From positions 9,424,001 through 9,488,000 of the forward strand of contig OZ059895.1 of NCBI GenBank assembly GCA_964057225.1: DNA of 64,000 nt, written 5' to 3'. The position numbers were made by a program, and so were the translations under genes. This document shows, one piece after another, positions 1 through 12,904 of this stretch (its first letter is position 1; each line of letters opens with the position of its first letter). This DNA comes from Auanema rhodensis (lineage: Eukaryota > Animalia > Nematoda). The notes beneath the pieces were generated by a model that was given only the letters and a program-made list of their open reading frames with translations, ran no database searches and was not told where the DNA came from.

Positions 1-569
1 TGAGAAAAGAAGCTAAAATCAAGAACGAAAATAACACTGAAAGGATTTTTCTTGTAAGATGTTCATCAAGGGGAGGTGGTGTGCTTCTTTTCATCAAAAA
101 ACATATTACTTTCCGTCTTCTTTCCTGCTCTTCTAATTCATCTACCATACAGTTTATAAATATTCTTATCACATCTTCCAATTCTATTTTCTCTGTTTGT
201 TATCGCTCTCCATCATCATCAAGCTCAGATTTTTTAAATTTTTTTTTGTGATCTTCAAAATCACCTAGTTAATCTGTCTCTTTATCTTACTGGTGATCTT
301 AATTTCCCTAAAATAAATTGGGATCTTGGTATATGTTCTCAACCTACTCCTTCTAGTAGAATTCTACTCCAATTTCTCAATCAAAACTGTCTAAACCAGC
401 TAGTCAACTTTCCTACCAGAGGTGAGAATATTCTTGATTATATCATTACAAATAACGTCTGTTGTGTAAACAATATCAACCGATCTGGTTCACTAGGAGC
501 TTCGGATCACTTTTCAATCACCTTTCAGATACTTTCTAAATCTGAGAATTTTCATCTCCAAGACTTACA
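1..569 (+). pseudogene. Non-LTR retrotransposon (LINE) ORF2 AP-endonuclease fragment, degraded
   Basis: Manual translation gives the motifs RGGGVLLFIK, YRSP, TGDLNFPKINW, FPTRGENILD and ASDHFSI of LINE APE domains. There is a frameshift in the poly-T at ~240. Confidence 0.8.
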
Positions 570-571
570 TA

Positions 572-1276
572 CACTCGTGGCCATAAATTCTCGGCAGGTG
601 GTGCCTCGACGAAAAAAATTTTTAAAAAATTTAAAAAAATATTTAAAATTTAATTTTCAGGATAATGTGGTTTGTAATAGTTCAGGCTTCTAGAATTTTC
701 AGTTTCAATGTCAAAGTATCGATGGGAAGAAAGTTATGAAAAAATATCTGACGTCCATATTTGGACTAAACTTACATTTTCATATCTTGAGTTAGGGAGC
801 ATGAACATTAATAATTATTTCGCTGAATTGTAGACAAAACCTTACTTTATCATTTTAGAACATGACAAGGGGTTTTTTTGTTTCCGAAGATCTAAGAAAA
901 TCAGTTTTACACGAAGATGCAAAGCGGTTATCGAAGCTAGATGACACGCCACACGATATTAAGTATTTTTTTTAGTTTCTCGATAGTTTAAAGTATTGTT
1001 TTTACGGAGAACTTTTTTATTTTTGTTCGGAAAATATTTTTTATGATTTTTTGAAATTTTAAAATTTTTTGGTTATCTGTTCATGCTTCATAAATCATTC
1101 TAATAAAAATTTTGGACTAAAAACGTGGGTAAAACCTTTTGAAGTTAGAGAATAAAGTTCAAAACAGTTAAATGAAGTAGATTATACTCGAATAATTGTG
1201 AAAAACAGAAAAACTTTTTTTAAAATAAGAAAAATTGAAAATTTTGGGGGGTGCCGAGAATTTATGGCCACGAGTG
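572..1276. mobile_element. Non-autonomous Tc1/mariner-type MITE
   Basis: Perfect 25-bp TIRs (CACTCGTGGCCATAAATTCTCGGCA at 572-596 and its reverse complement at 1252-1276). Flanked by TA at 570-571 and 1277-1278. No ORF. Confidence 0.9.
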
Positions 1277-1278
1277 TA

Positions 1279-2071
1279 GTTGTAATCGGACCACAATTTT
1301 CTTCTGGCTGATTATGAACTTATTAATAGACAACTTATCAACATTGATTTCTGTTCTGAACTTTCAATTATGAGAGGGCCAGGGGAATTAGATTTGAGAG
1401 TAGAACGTGCAATAGTAATTTGATTGCTATCGATCAGAGAAGACAGGGTGTTGTCTTGAGATTTCTCGATAATAAGTTTCAATAGCAACAGAGGTTCAGT
1501 TGGGAATTCTGTTGACGTTAATGGCACTCGGAAGCAAAGGGCTCTTTTGGCACGGTAGAGGTACTTTGTCTCCTCTGATCGTAATTTTTGGCAATGACAT
1601 GCTACATTGAGTTGGGAAGAAGTTGGGACACAGGTAGAATTAGAATTACTAGTGTTTTGAAATGAATTAAAAGTTTGCTCTAATTTATCTAAGCGGGATT
1701 TGAAATCCGTTTCGATAGTTTTTAAGCGAGCCTTATGCGATGTGATAGTAATTTTCATACAGTTAAGCTCATTTTTTATAGCATTTGACAATTTTGAAAA
1801 AGAGTTCTCAAGGGACTTTGAGAAATTTTGAAGAGCATTTGTAAGAAAATCATTAGTCACAAAAGACATATTGAAAAATGAAGAGCAATAAGAAAGAATA
1901 AGAATAAACACTGGAGTGAGAAATAGAGAGAGAAAAAAAATAGAGAAGAAATAATGATAAAAAAAAGAGATACGAGAAAGAGCGTACCTTGACAAAACCA
2001 GTCCGACAAAAATTCCTCGACAGAAGTGGATCCGGATCTGAACCGTGGGAGGTCAACTGACGAGTGGGAGG
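1279..2071 (-). mobile_element. LINE 5' end (5'UTR + ORF1-like coiled-coil protein fragment) inserted into the Maverick PZ-like gene
   Basis: ORF 1312..1995 is coiled-coil rich and followed by RAKRALCFRVP. Maverick sequence MKLNHK stops at 2072, whereas the intact copy at 44037 reads MKLNHKYRLIP. A near-identical duplicate lies at 54847-55640. Confidence 0.6.
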
Positions 2072-2085
2072 TTTATGATTGAGTT

Positions 2086-2394
2086 TCATCTTTTAAAACC
2101 AAAATAAGCAATTCCACATGTAACTATTGTTTTCAATTGTTTGTGTGAAAGCGTTGCCAACAAAGTTTTAGCCTTTTCGGGTGTGCGTATCAAAGCTATT
2201 TGACGTAATAATGAGGATATGGGCAAAAGGGTTTTATATTCCTTGTTAGTTAAGAGAAAATTATTATTTTTCACAATATTAAATACAATTTCAACAATAA
2301 TTTCAACTTGTGAAAAAGAAAATGAGGAAACAGAACAAGGGGTTTTGGCACAAGAAGATAAAAAGTTCTAATTTGACAAAATACGACCACTCAT
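2086..2394 (-). pseudogene. Polinton PW-like small protein (internal stop)
   Basis: Reading frame MSGRILSN*..QVEIIVEIVFNIVKNNNFLLTNKEYKTLLPISSLLRQIA. Homologues at 43736-44040 and ~55655-55960. The family name rests on position and recalled pattern only. Confidence 0.5.
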
Positions 2395-2406
2395 TGAACG
2401 TGCACA

Positions 2407-3054
2407 TTAAACACTGAATAGATTTTTGGCTACATAAACAATAGGGTGCTCCGCTGTTATATCTGATAGTATACGCTGTTTCTCATTTGTTAAAGGATGG
2501 TTGTCAATCAGTAAATGACTATAGGGTGTAGACATTGCATCATCATATGCTTCTAGAGCATTTTTGAAGCGGGGCCCAATTAATTGTTGCAGACAGTTAC
2601 GTATTTGTAATATATCCGAATGACTTTTCATCAGTATTATATATGTACTATTAATTCGACTGGTCCTGTCTAGCTGAAATGCAGCTTGCACAAGATTAAA
2701 CACTGCCAAATTCCAGTGATGTGCCCACACTGTAAAAATGTTGTTGAGTAATTATTTAGCCGCTTTATTCGATGAGAAAAAATTCATCAAATCATCCAGC
2801 ACTAGTATGGTATTTACTCCCTTTTGCTCTTTTATTATATCGGGATCAGGTGGTCCTTTAATAACTATTAAGCGCTCATCATTTAATGGAACACCTGACG
2901 ATGCTCCACATTGACTGAACCAGAATATTCTATCAATGGGGACGTTGAAAAACTTTACAGTATTTTCACATATACGTTTTATAAGGGTAGTTTTACCGCA
3001 TTGCGTTGCCCCTATTACAGTTGTCTGACTGGGTAGTTTGAAGCTGAAAACCAT
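2407..3054 (-). pseudogene. A32-like/FtsK-HerA packaging ATPase, premature stop at 2752-2754
   Basis: Walker A GATQCGKT, Walker B ILVLDD, and downstream LVQ and SRINSTYIIL motifs. Confidence 0.9.
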
Positions 3055-3133
3055 AATCAACCACTCGTAAATGTACCTATAATGCAAATGATTTCATTTA
3101 TACTAGTGTGCACGCATCAGGTGGTGGTCTGTG

Positions 3134-3991
3134 ATGGATGATTTTTACATTACTTTGCCGTCATCAGTTGACTCTGAAAAAAGTAATACCTCATCAGTGT
3201 TTCTCACCAGGTTACCTGAAACATTAAGGCTACGCAATAACAGATATTGCATTGGGCTGACAGACATAATTTTTCCGTGCTCGATATTAAATGTACAAGA
3301 AAATCTTTCTTATACACTACGTTTTTCCAACAGAAAGTTTATTCTGCACTTACCCAAAGGTAAATATGCGAATGGTGATGAAATAATACGCGGAATCAAT
3401 GCTGGAAAAGAACAATTTATTGCTAGCAGCACTAAACCTCTTGGAACTGAGGAAGAAGCACATATGAAGGGTTTGATAGATAAAGATGAAGATGTGAAAA
3501 AGTGGTATAATAATCGACAAGCTGAGGCTAAACTTGTCAAGGAAATGCTGGCAGACGCCACGTTTCGGTTTAACAAAACACTACAACGCATAGAGTTTGT
3601 AACAAGTAAGCGGCTATTATTGAATGCAACACTCGGTGATGCTCTCGCATATTTTCTTGGCTTTGAGAATAAAATTATCAACGACACGTTAATAGCCAGG
3701 CGCCCCATTGATTTTTCAAATAACATTAATACAATGTATATATATTGTGATATTGTAGAATATTCCATTCTCGGTAATGTGAAAACTAATTTACTTGCAT
3801 GTATACCTGTACCACTTCCCACTGAATTTGGTAAAATGATTGCCAAAACATTTAATCCTATTCGTTATGTACCAATCACTAAGCAAACACTCGATACTAT
3901 AAGTATTGAAATTTTAGATGAACTTTGTCGCCCTATGCAATTTAATTATGGTTCTACAGTTGTTACATTACATGTTAAAAATGTGAAATAA
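3134..3991 (+). CDS. Minor capsid (penton-like) protein
   Basis: N-terminal DFYITLPS and C-terminal MYIYCDIVE...LL..IP...YVP...ISIEILDE...TVVTLH pattern typical of Polinton mCP. Intact, 285 aa. Confidence 0.85.
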   Translation: MDDFYITLPSSVDSEKSNTSSVFLTRLPETLRLRNNRYCIGLTDIIFPCSILNVQENLSYTLRFSNRKFILHLPKGKYANGDEIIRGINAGKEQFIASSTKPLGTEEEAHMKGLIDKDEDVKKWYNNRQAEAKLVKEMLADATFRFNKTLQRIEFVTSKRLLLNATLGDALAYFLGFENKIINDTLIARRPIDFSNNINTMYIYCDIVEYSILGNVKTNLLACIPVPLPTEFGKMIAKTFNPIRYVPITKQTLDTISIEILDELCRPMQFNYGSTVVTLHVKNVK

Positions 3992-4007
3992 ATGTTTTAT
4001 TCAACAG

Positions 4008-4373
4008 TTATACAAGACCACATAACGATTTTCGAAGGTTTAAAAGGTAGTTCAGCGCCGTTTTGTTCGATGCGCGGCTCGTGTTGTGAATATTCTCGGT
4101 TACTATTGCAGCGGCATCGTTTTGGTTCTGTTGACTATACAAAGTCCTCAGTTTTTTCAGAGGGTTCGCTGGTATCATTTCCATCACCATCTTTACCATT
4201 CGTTCCATTACTATTATGAAGACGCCGAATATGACGCTGACAATTGAATCTTGTTCCAAAAGTTTCACTACAATAAGGGCACAAACGTCTACGAACACCA
4301 TCCAAATGTCCATATTTTTGAATAAAGTCAGCATTGCTGATATAACTGTTACATACGGGTTGAATCCCTTCAT
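4008..4373 (-). CDS. Hydrophobic overprinted protein (+1 frame of the ZnF gene)
   Basis: Open in all three copies. Substitutions between subfamilies are mostly synonymous in this frame (see findings). Confidence 0.65.
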   Translation of the reverse strand: MKGFNPYVTVISAMLTLFKNMDIWMVFVDVCALIVVKLLEQDSIVSVIFGVFIIVMERMVKMVMEMIPANPLKKLRTLYSQQNQNDAAAIVTENIHNTSRASNKTALNYLLNLRKSLCGLV

Positions 4374-4461
4374 GTCTTTTCAATACGTGATCACTAAAAT
4401 GCTTGATTGATGAAAATATTTCCTTGCACGTAACACAATACTTGTTACATAAAAGTTCCAT
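4135..4461 (-). CDS. Two-C2H2 zinc-finger protein
   Basis: CVTC..F.....F..HVLKRH and CPYC..TF..RFNC.RHIRRLH. Confidence 0.75.
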   Translation of the reverse strand: MELLCNKYCVTCKEIFSSIKHFSDHVLKRHEGIQPVCNSYISNADFIQKYGHLDGVRRRLCPYCSETFGTRFNCQRHIRRLHNSNGTNGKDGDGNDTSEPSEKTEDFV

Positions 4462-4502
4462 TAGAGGAAAATAAAAAACAACCACACACAGTCAACTCAC
4501 TT

Positions 4503-4673
4503 TTATATAATGAGTGGAATAATGACTAGTGTTGTACAAAAGCCTAGTCCCAGAGATATTCCTTTAATGAATGGCACTGAAATACGTTTCAAAATCTTTT
4601 TGTACAGAGGTGTTGGTACAGCTTGTTCCAACGTGTATCTTATACATAATTCACAGTGACAGGGAATATTCAT
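4503..4673 (-). CDS. 56-aa microprotein with CxCxxC and a C-terminal hydrophobic anchor
   Basis: Manual translation MNIPCHCELCIRYTLEQAVPTPLYKKILKRISVPFIKGISLGLGFCTTLVIIPLII. Same length in the copies at 25894 and 34062. Confidence 0.65.
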   Translation of the reverse strand: MNIPCHCELCIRYTLEQAVPTPLYKKILKRISVPFIKGISLGLGFCTTLVIIPLII

Positions 4674-4719
4674 AACTGACCACCTAATGTAGCAGGTGAC
4701 GTTTTAATGGCGAAGTTGA

Positions 4720-5177
4720 TCATATGCTAGATAATTTATAGTCGAATACTTTATGCATAAACGCTTTAATAAAGACATTATCGTTTTGTAATAGTTTAAA
4801 AAATGAACAAATGCTTTCAAATGTATTACCAGCTGACAACATTAGTATTACAAATATTGCATAACCACCACAAGTGTATTCAATTATGCGTTGTGGTTTG
4901 CAAGTATTAACTTTTACATTTTTATATTTGGCCAGATAATGACGAATGTACTTGTTCATTTTATAACCCAAGCTACAGAAAAAGTAGGCTTGATCATTAC
5001 GTACAAAGATGACTTGCCAATGTGTGCCCGGTTTATCGCGTGTGTGTCAGTATTTACAACAAGTGCAAAGTTCTTTCGACGTGTTTTGGGTAGAGTATCG
5101 GCGCTAAATACACCGTGGAATAGTTTTCGAGTGATGCGGACAGATCGCAATAGTGACGCTATTTCAGACGAATACAT
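4720..5177 (-). pseudogene. Adenain-like cysteine protease, frameshifted
   Basis: GVFSAD, VVNTD, (PG)THW and PQ..EYTCGGY motifs split across frames. Confidence 0.9.
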
Positions 5178-5227
5178 TTAGTAAAATGATCTAGTGTAAC
5201 TTTTGTATTGCGCACGTGCGGTTCAAT

Positions 5228-5680
5228 ATGCCACACCTCCTTCTAGACTTGAACTCAATTCAATGGACAACACTTTTGAATCAACAAATGGGTGGGGCAC
5301 CATTTAGTGGAATGATGTTTCAACGTGGAATGCAGAGGGGTCATGGCTTGGGTGGTATACTGGCAACTTTGGCATCGTTTTTACCACGCATTATTCAATC
5401 ACCTATAGCCCAAAATCTCATCAATGCTGGAAGGAATGCATTATCCAGTGCTGTAAGCAATAGTCCAGTTGTAAATTCACCGCTTGGTGGCCAGTTGCTA
5501 AAAACTAGCAATGAAATTGTTGATGGGGTGCTCAAGGACGATAATATCAAGCAAACTCTTAAAACAGCCGGCCGGCAGGCTATACGAGATCTTACCGGCT
5601 TGGGCAAGCGGCGACGACGCAAAACCACAAAACCTCATAAGCGTCTGTGCATAACTCGTGAGCGGTCGTATCGTATTTAA
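5228..5680 (+). CDS. Basic core/membrane-active precursor protein with xGxG cleavage-like sites
   Basis: QMGG, QRGHGLGG, amphipathic ILATLASFLPRII, and TGLGKRRRRK. Its stop codon abuts the MCP ATG. Confidence 0.75.
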   Translation: MPHLLLDLNSIQWTTLLNQQMGGAPFSGMMFQRGMQRGHGLGGILATLASFLPRIIQSPIAQNLINAGRNALSSAVSNSPVVNSPLGGQLLKTSNEIVDGVLKDDNIKQTLKTAGRQAIRDLTGLGKRRRRKTTKPHKRLCITRERSYRI

Positions 5681-7015
5681 ATGGCTAAATTGATAGATTC
5701 AAAATCAGCACAAGCCCTTTTACCTAATATTAATTATAGTGACATACCGGCGTCGGCATTAGGTGTTGAATCCACTCGTACTGTACAAGTTCCTTTAAAA
5801 AATACTTTTCTTCCTCAAGGACCATGGGAATTTGTTATAGCCCAAAATTCCAAATCATTTCTTAATCTGAGAAGGTGTTGGTTGAATGTAAAATTCAAAA
5901 TTGTAACCACAAACGGCGATCCAGTACCAGACAACCTTGTTTTTGCACCATGCCAACAATTTGCAGCCAGTTTGATACACTCGTATCATTTAAAAATTGG
6001 TGATGTTAGCGTGTATGACTCTACCGTAAATCATGCCTACAAAACATATATTGAGAATATTCTAATGTATAGCAACGATGTTAAAGAGAGCAAACTTGCC
6101 ATATCAGGCTATTATGCGGATAGATATATAGATAATACAGCCAGTCCTGGATTTAGAGCGCGACAAGGGCTTGTTAAAAATGGCATATTGTGTGAGATGG
6201 CTGCTCCCATCAGTATCGACTTATTCAATCAGGAACGACTGTTTGTAAACTATTCAAAAATGGAGCTAACTGCATATCCAAACCGTGATAATTTCTTAAT
6301 TGACACACTTGGATGGAATAATGAAAGCAAGGATGCTGCAATGTAGGAGGAGTTTCCAAACCTGAAAATAGATATCAACGATGTGCACTTGCTTATTCAA
6401 GAGTTTGATCTAAACGCTGGATTAGCTATGGCTATAGAAGATAAACTTGTAAAGGAACGAATACACTACCCCATGACGTCAGTGAAAATGCGATCTTATT
6501 TCATAGAAGGAGGTCGTTTGGATTCACCCAATAACATATTATTCACGTCGCATACACCGAAACGTGTTGTAGTAGGTCTTGTCGGCGCACACGCCTATAA
6601 TGGTACTTTTAAACATTCGCCATTCAACTTTAAACCGTTTGAATTGAAAAATATATACTTGACGCTCAACAATCGGGTAATACCTACCCGCCCTTATAAT
6701 TTAGAATGGCGTTCTTCCTATGTCACAGCATATATTGACATGTTGGAAGGTTTGGGCCTTGGTCGTACAGATTCATCCAATGGTATTACACCAGCAATGT
6801 ATAAAGCTGGGTTCACATTTTTTGTATTTGATATTTCACCGACTGTACACTCGTCCGAGTTATTTGATGTTATACGACAAGGTAATGTGGTCCTGAAATT
6901 GGAATTTGGTCAACAAACGCCGCAAGAGGGTTTATATGCTATTGTTTATGCAGAATATGACTCTATTCTTTCAATTGACAACAATCGTGCTCCATATATT
7001 GATACCAGTTTGTAA
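5681..7015 (+). pseudogene. Major capsid protein, premature TAG at 6344-6346
   Basis: Collinear with the intact 444-aa copy at 23558-24892. Motifs PKRVVVGLV, SPFNFKPF, GFTFFVFDISP and IVYAEYD. Confidence 0.9.
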
Positions 7016-7153
7016 TGTATGTAATAAACTCTTTAAAACATTTGATGAGAAGAATAAAATTTATTAATACAACTATACATAAAAATCTATAAATACAACC
7101 ATATACAAATATACACGCAATAATAAAATTTATAAATTCAAATATATTAAAAA

Positions 7154-10100
7154 TTATTCACAATAACCATAGGGTAAAGTACTAAAATCGTCTAGATAAC
7201 AAAGTTTATCCATTACGACCTTGGTACTCTTTGTCATGTCCATCGTGGATATGGCACCAAGCTGCCTCTTTAATAACGTTGTTTTGGTTTTTAAAACCAA
7301 TTTTTCTCCATCCATCACGAGTCCTCGAACCAATCGTTCCATACTTTGATAGTTTACCACGGTGGCTGCCGTGTGGTCCAGCGTCTGTAATTTTAAAAAG
7401 TTTCTCAATAATATATTTTTATACTTACCACTCCCTTTGCCTTGGTGATATACTTGACCTGACCAGCTGCATTTACTAGCTCATAACTATGAACTTTTGC
7501 AGCTGGTGAAACAAATTTGGTCATTGACCAACCATCGGGTATTTCTGAGGTTAGTTTACCTAACCATTCACCCTTCATATCCTCAATTGGATCAGGCTGA
7601 TCGAGGCATTTTAAATAAATTAGAGAATCGGTGTCTAAATGATGTACGTTTAAATTGTATACAAAGTATAAAATTACCTGTATACACCAAGTTCTTTCCA
7701 ATTTTTTCCATTGCCTTATACAATAGTAGCCTTGCATGAGCGGTTGTATAAGCCGCTATGGCTACATTTGTAAACGGCGCTGGTGCCAAGTGTGAGTCTT
7801 CTGGCACTGTTGTACAGTACGCCACATCGTCCACAATTTTGCAGCCCGTGAGTTCCCTTGCAGGATCAGTTATGATCCTACCAATTTCAGGATCCTCAAC
7901 ACCAATAATCTTGGTTTGGGCTTTATCCGGTCTTTGACCCATTTTACCCCATACACTATAAGCAAATTTGTAAATTTTTATTTTTAAAAGTTTACATACC
8001 TATTCAGCTGTAGTTTGGCAATGCTACGCATGGCCGCATTCTTTTCAATTTTGTTGCTCTCCAGACAACACCAGTGTTCTCCTCGTGCTCTTGGAGATAT
8101 TTTAGCTGTAAAATTCTATTTAATGCCATACTTTTCATGACACATACCTTTTCAGCCTCTGTCATATTTGGCTTAGGCCAGCCCGATGCCTCTTGCTTAA
8201 TTTTCATGTACTTTTGTACAAAATCCTTGAATAGGCCTCCTTGCTGCCATTCATCCCAGTGCCTAACCTCATAAACATGAAGCACTTTGTAGCCACGCTG
8301 TATGGCACATTCGAGCTCTACATGCGTTACAGTCAGATGCAGCTTTCGAGCGTCTTCATCATTTTGGTGCGGGCATGTTACATTTTTGCCTCTGTTTGCA
8401 CATGTGCGGCAGTTTGTAAAAATTAATTTACCGCCTATGCGTGTTCCTAATACAGGATACAACAAATTTGTGGGTGCAAGCACGTCACATTTCACAAGGC
8501 CCTTGTATGGGCAGCATGCCTCAAAACTCTCAAAGCCCTCAGTAATCACTTTAGGATTACCCACAGGGTAATAGGCATCAAATGCCGTTACATATGGATA
8601 AAGTGAACAAAAGTCCACATACTCTAGTGAGTATCTATCCGAAGCTTGGGCCAGAAGCTTATATGTTTGAGTTCGGCCGCCGGTGAAGGCATCTCGAGGT
8701 GCCAATCGAGTTACAACCTCAGTGTCCTTCATAAAATTTGCCATTTGCTCATTTGATGACATTTGAGCAGTAATTTCGTGTTCCCACACAGTGGTTACAC
8801 TAGTGCCCTGGCTTTGAAGCCTCAAGCCTTTTCATGGTTTTTTCATAAACATAAATGTTTCAGCTTAAAATGATTAAAAAAAGTATTGCTTACCTCTTCC
8901 ATTGTTTCACCATTTCTGCCTGGTGCAATAGCAGTCTTGTTGGTGCACTGGGGGCAACCATGATAAATACAGCCATTACACTACAAAATTTTATCATTTT
9001 TTACATTTATTACAAATTACTCACCTCATAGCCGTGATTAGCCACACTGTCATAAGCATCAAGTAGATAGCGTTGGCCATCTACTCTAACAACAAATTCA
9101 CCACCATTAAGCGTATGCATTAATGGGCGGCCTAATCCGTGTTCTAGACATTTTATGTATTTTATGGCAATTATACTCTGCTTCTGGCCGGCATAATAAC
9201 CAGTCTCAGGCAGAATACCCACTTGGTTCTCTTTAATGTGGTTCGTTTTCAACTGTAATATACTAGTTTTGAAAATGCTTGTATTTTAAAAAACTTGCCT
9301 GGAATAAAGAGAAACTGGCAAATGTCATACATTGTATGACAGGATTCCAGCCAGTGGTGGCGGTGGCCAACTTCATGTACACTTTCATACAGTTGGTTAA
9401 AATACGGACATCTGTCCTACAATATTCCAGAAGCTCCTCATCAAAATCAAACGCTCTTTGATTACGCTCTTCATACCAAATATTGAATGAAGCTAGGTCT
9501 TCTGCTTTCATTCTAGCAGTACAATAGTACTGTTTTGGTGGTAAAGATGGTAGCACTTTGCCATAATTTATTGGGTGGTTAAAGAGGTATGGGAATTGTC
9601 CTTTACTCATATCAGGTACACCAAATCCCTTGGGTAACGCTGATAAGGATAAAGGCACTAGTAAATAACTATCTTTAAAACATAAATGGTTAATGTTTTC
9701 TCTGCTCTTAAAGGCTTGACAACCATGCTAATAATCTTGGTCCCATTTAAAAAGGGGTCAGGATATATTCCACGGTTTATCAGCCTAGACACCAAGAAAT
9801 GTATGTCAAAGCGCGACCCGTTGTGCGCAATCAAAATTGCATTATCATTCTCAGAAAAGTTGAGTAACCAATCAAGGAAACGATCTGTTACAGACCATTC
9901 ACTATCACCTTGTTGGTACCCAAAATGGCCCTCCTTGGTTGTGCATTTTTCACAGGAATTGGCATCTATACAACTTTCACAAAATTTGTTATACACAACC
10001 ATATTGGGCCATTGTTCATCTGCATATTCATGAACATTTGTGCCGTTTTTTAACACAACTGTTTCAAAGTCATAAAATATAATCTTAAACAAGTAAGCAT

Positions 10101-12904
10101 TACACTTGTAAAGATGTTAAATACAAACCTTGAACTTTTCTTGCTTCTTTTTTAGCTGAGCCTTCTTCTTGTCGTTAGGTGGAACCCAACAACAAGAGTG
10201 CTCTTCAGGCTTTGTCTGACCGCACTTTTTGCAGAATTTTTCATTGCAATTGTGCGGTCTATCAGCACGGACCATGTGATAGTGATCACACGCCACACAT
10301 GTCTGAATTTAAGCTTGTTATGTACAACTTTAAATTTTCACAAAATACCTTGAATTTTCGGCAGGCTTTTCGCAAATGCCTATCGAAGCATTGATGAGTT
10401 TTAAACAAAACTCTACAACTATCACACCTCACGCTACTCTCAACCACATTCCCCATCGCATTACAATTATAGGTGTGGCATTTTTTACATTTGGCTTTAC
10501 ATCTATGCAACACTGTATTGTAAGATAACTTACAGTGTTGACATATAATACCATCAAAAATTTTCGAACGACTACCAGCTGTAATACAATCATAGTGATT
10601 ATTTCGGTAACCTAGTGTTACCAATTTGCTAGCCGCTTCATTAAATATTTTCTGGATAGTGTACATACGCTGTCCAGGCGGTCTAGCATATACTACAAAC
10701 TTATAGTTTGCATTACAGCTGGCAATAATGTTTAAATGAATTAAATTATAATTTGGTAAATCTACAGAAATACCACACCTATTTAATAAATTGATATGGT
10801 GTGGCTGATTTGGCAATAAGATGTAATTGCGACGAAGGTTTTGCAGCCTTCGCTTCTCATCGCCATCTTCAGTGGCCAGCTCGTCAGCTTTCCACATTCC
10901 CACAACTGCTGATCTAGCCAGACAATGTGAGTCAGTGTTGGCAATGGTTCCAGGTATTTTGAGTTCGGGGTCAAAATAAAACCCAACTCTACCTTCACCG
11001 GGCATCAGGCTTGGCTGCGCTGGCCTTTCATCAAACACATACATCTCAATATTCATTGCCTGGCTGATTACAGCCTCTCGTTTTGATTGCTGCACCTTGC
11101 TGATGGCATTCATAATGGCTACGCCATCCAGATGCTCCCTTCTACGAAAGTCCATAAATATGGAGCCCTTTTCAAAGGAAGGGTGCTCAATTGATAAACA
11201 AAATAAGGCTTTTTGTTTATCAGGCACACCGCTTTCAGCAAGACAACGATCAAGGAATTCGTTGAATAACCGCGGCATGATAACATGCATTGGTTCATCA
11301 ACATTTTCCAAGTGTGGGAACGTGAGCGATCGAACGACCACATTGGTAAAACGACCGGTGCGTTTTATGCGCCGGTGTGACCACTATAATAAACAACATT
11401 TATAACAGTTTACATGCTTTTTTATTTTTTTTAAAGTTTAAATAAAAATAGTTTTAAGAATATATATGAATTGTTTCATCTTTTGCTTATAATTATTATG
11501 TCTCTTTGTTTGTTATAGTCGTTATTTTTTATTTAATTGAAATGGTTTCAAATATATGTTTAGTTTGTTTCAAAACGATTAGAAAAATACAAAATATTTA
11601 AATGTTTCAGTTTTTGAGCATCAATTTTTTTTTTAATGTTTAAAAATTTAATAAATAAAAATTAAATAATAGTAGAATTATAAAATTGTTTAAAATATAT
11701 ATAAATGAAAGAGATGAAGTGAAATGGCTTAGAAAATACAAAATATTTAAATGTTTCAGTTTTTGAGCATCACGATATTGAAATTTAAATGTTTTTTAAT
11801 GATTAAAAATTTAATAAACGAAATTATGAAAAAGTGATAGAAATTTAAACTTGTTCAAGATATGTGATTAAATAAAAGAGATGAAGTGAAATGGCTTAGA
11901 AAATATAAATCTGTTTCATGTTTCAGTTTTTGAGCATCACAATATTGAAATTTAAATGTTTTTTTTTTAATGATTAAAAATTTAAAAAATGAAATTATGA
12001 AATAGTGGTAGAAATATACAATTGTTTAAAATAGATGGAGTGAAATGGTTTAGAAAAAACAAAATATTTAAATGTTTCTGTTTTTGCGCATCAAAATATT
12101 TAAATTTAAGTGTATTTTAATGATTAAAAATTTAATAAATAAAAATTAAATAATAGTAGACTAATAAAATTGTTTAAAATATGGGATTAAATAAAAGAGA
12201 TGAAGTGAAATGGTTTAGAAAATACAAAATATTTAAATGTGTCAGTTTTTGAGCATCAAAATATTTAAATTTAAGTGTATTTTAATGATTAAAAATTTAA
12301 TAAATGATATTATGGCATGGATTTGGGATAAGATTTAATTTTATTTTTCAAAAAGCCTCCAAATGTATGATGATTTGTTTAAAAATAGATGGCAGAATTC
12401 AAAATTGTTCAAGATATGTAATCAAATAAAAGATATAGAGTGAAAAGAATTGTAACATAAAAAAAAAAAAGTTAAAAGCTCGTACCTTTATTTGACAAAA
12501 ATCGTTGAAGGATGAACCGCCTCCTAATTGTTCTCCACTAGTTGATGGCATCTCGGGATTCCATTCTCTGAAAAAAAAAATCATGCTTTTTCATTATACG
12601 ATAGCTTACTCATTATCGCTGTCATCCAAGGTGATAACTTCAATAACCCTTGATTACGAGGGACCACTATTGGAAGTGGTTATTGCGGGGTCACAGAGCT
12701 CAACTCCACCACTCTCGGTAAGCTTTATGCGCTTACTAAAAAAAAACAACAAAGATGTATATTTTAAAAATATTGTTAAATTACCTGAGTTGATAAATTT
12801 CCTCATAATCGAACCCCAACTCTTCACATACACGCTTATAACTGAAAATAAATATTTTAATTAAAAAAAAAAGCTAGGAAAAAACACAACCTGTTAGCAG
12901 CCAT
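7154..12904 (-). pseudogene. Protein-primed DNA polymerase B (intron-containing), frameshifted
   Basis: ExoI FYDFET, ExoII AHNGSRFD, ExoIII YCRTDV, motif A DFCSLYP, motif B KLQLN|SVWGK, motif C YT|DTDS. Exons reconstructed from GT/GC-AG sites starting at ATG 12904 (MAANS...). Confidence 0.92.
11570..12305. repeat. About four degenerate ~170-bp tandem units in pPolB intron 4
   Basis: Repeated core tttcagtttttgagcatc...attaaaaattt...gatgaagtgaaatgg. Same unit as the satellite at 60440-64000. Confidence 0.85.

Noticed and set aside
3310-3846. Antisense ORFs over mCP, core and pPolB
   Set aside because: Shadow frames of real genes, with no motifs and variable lengths among copies.
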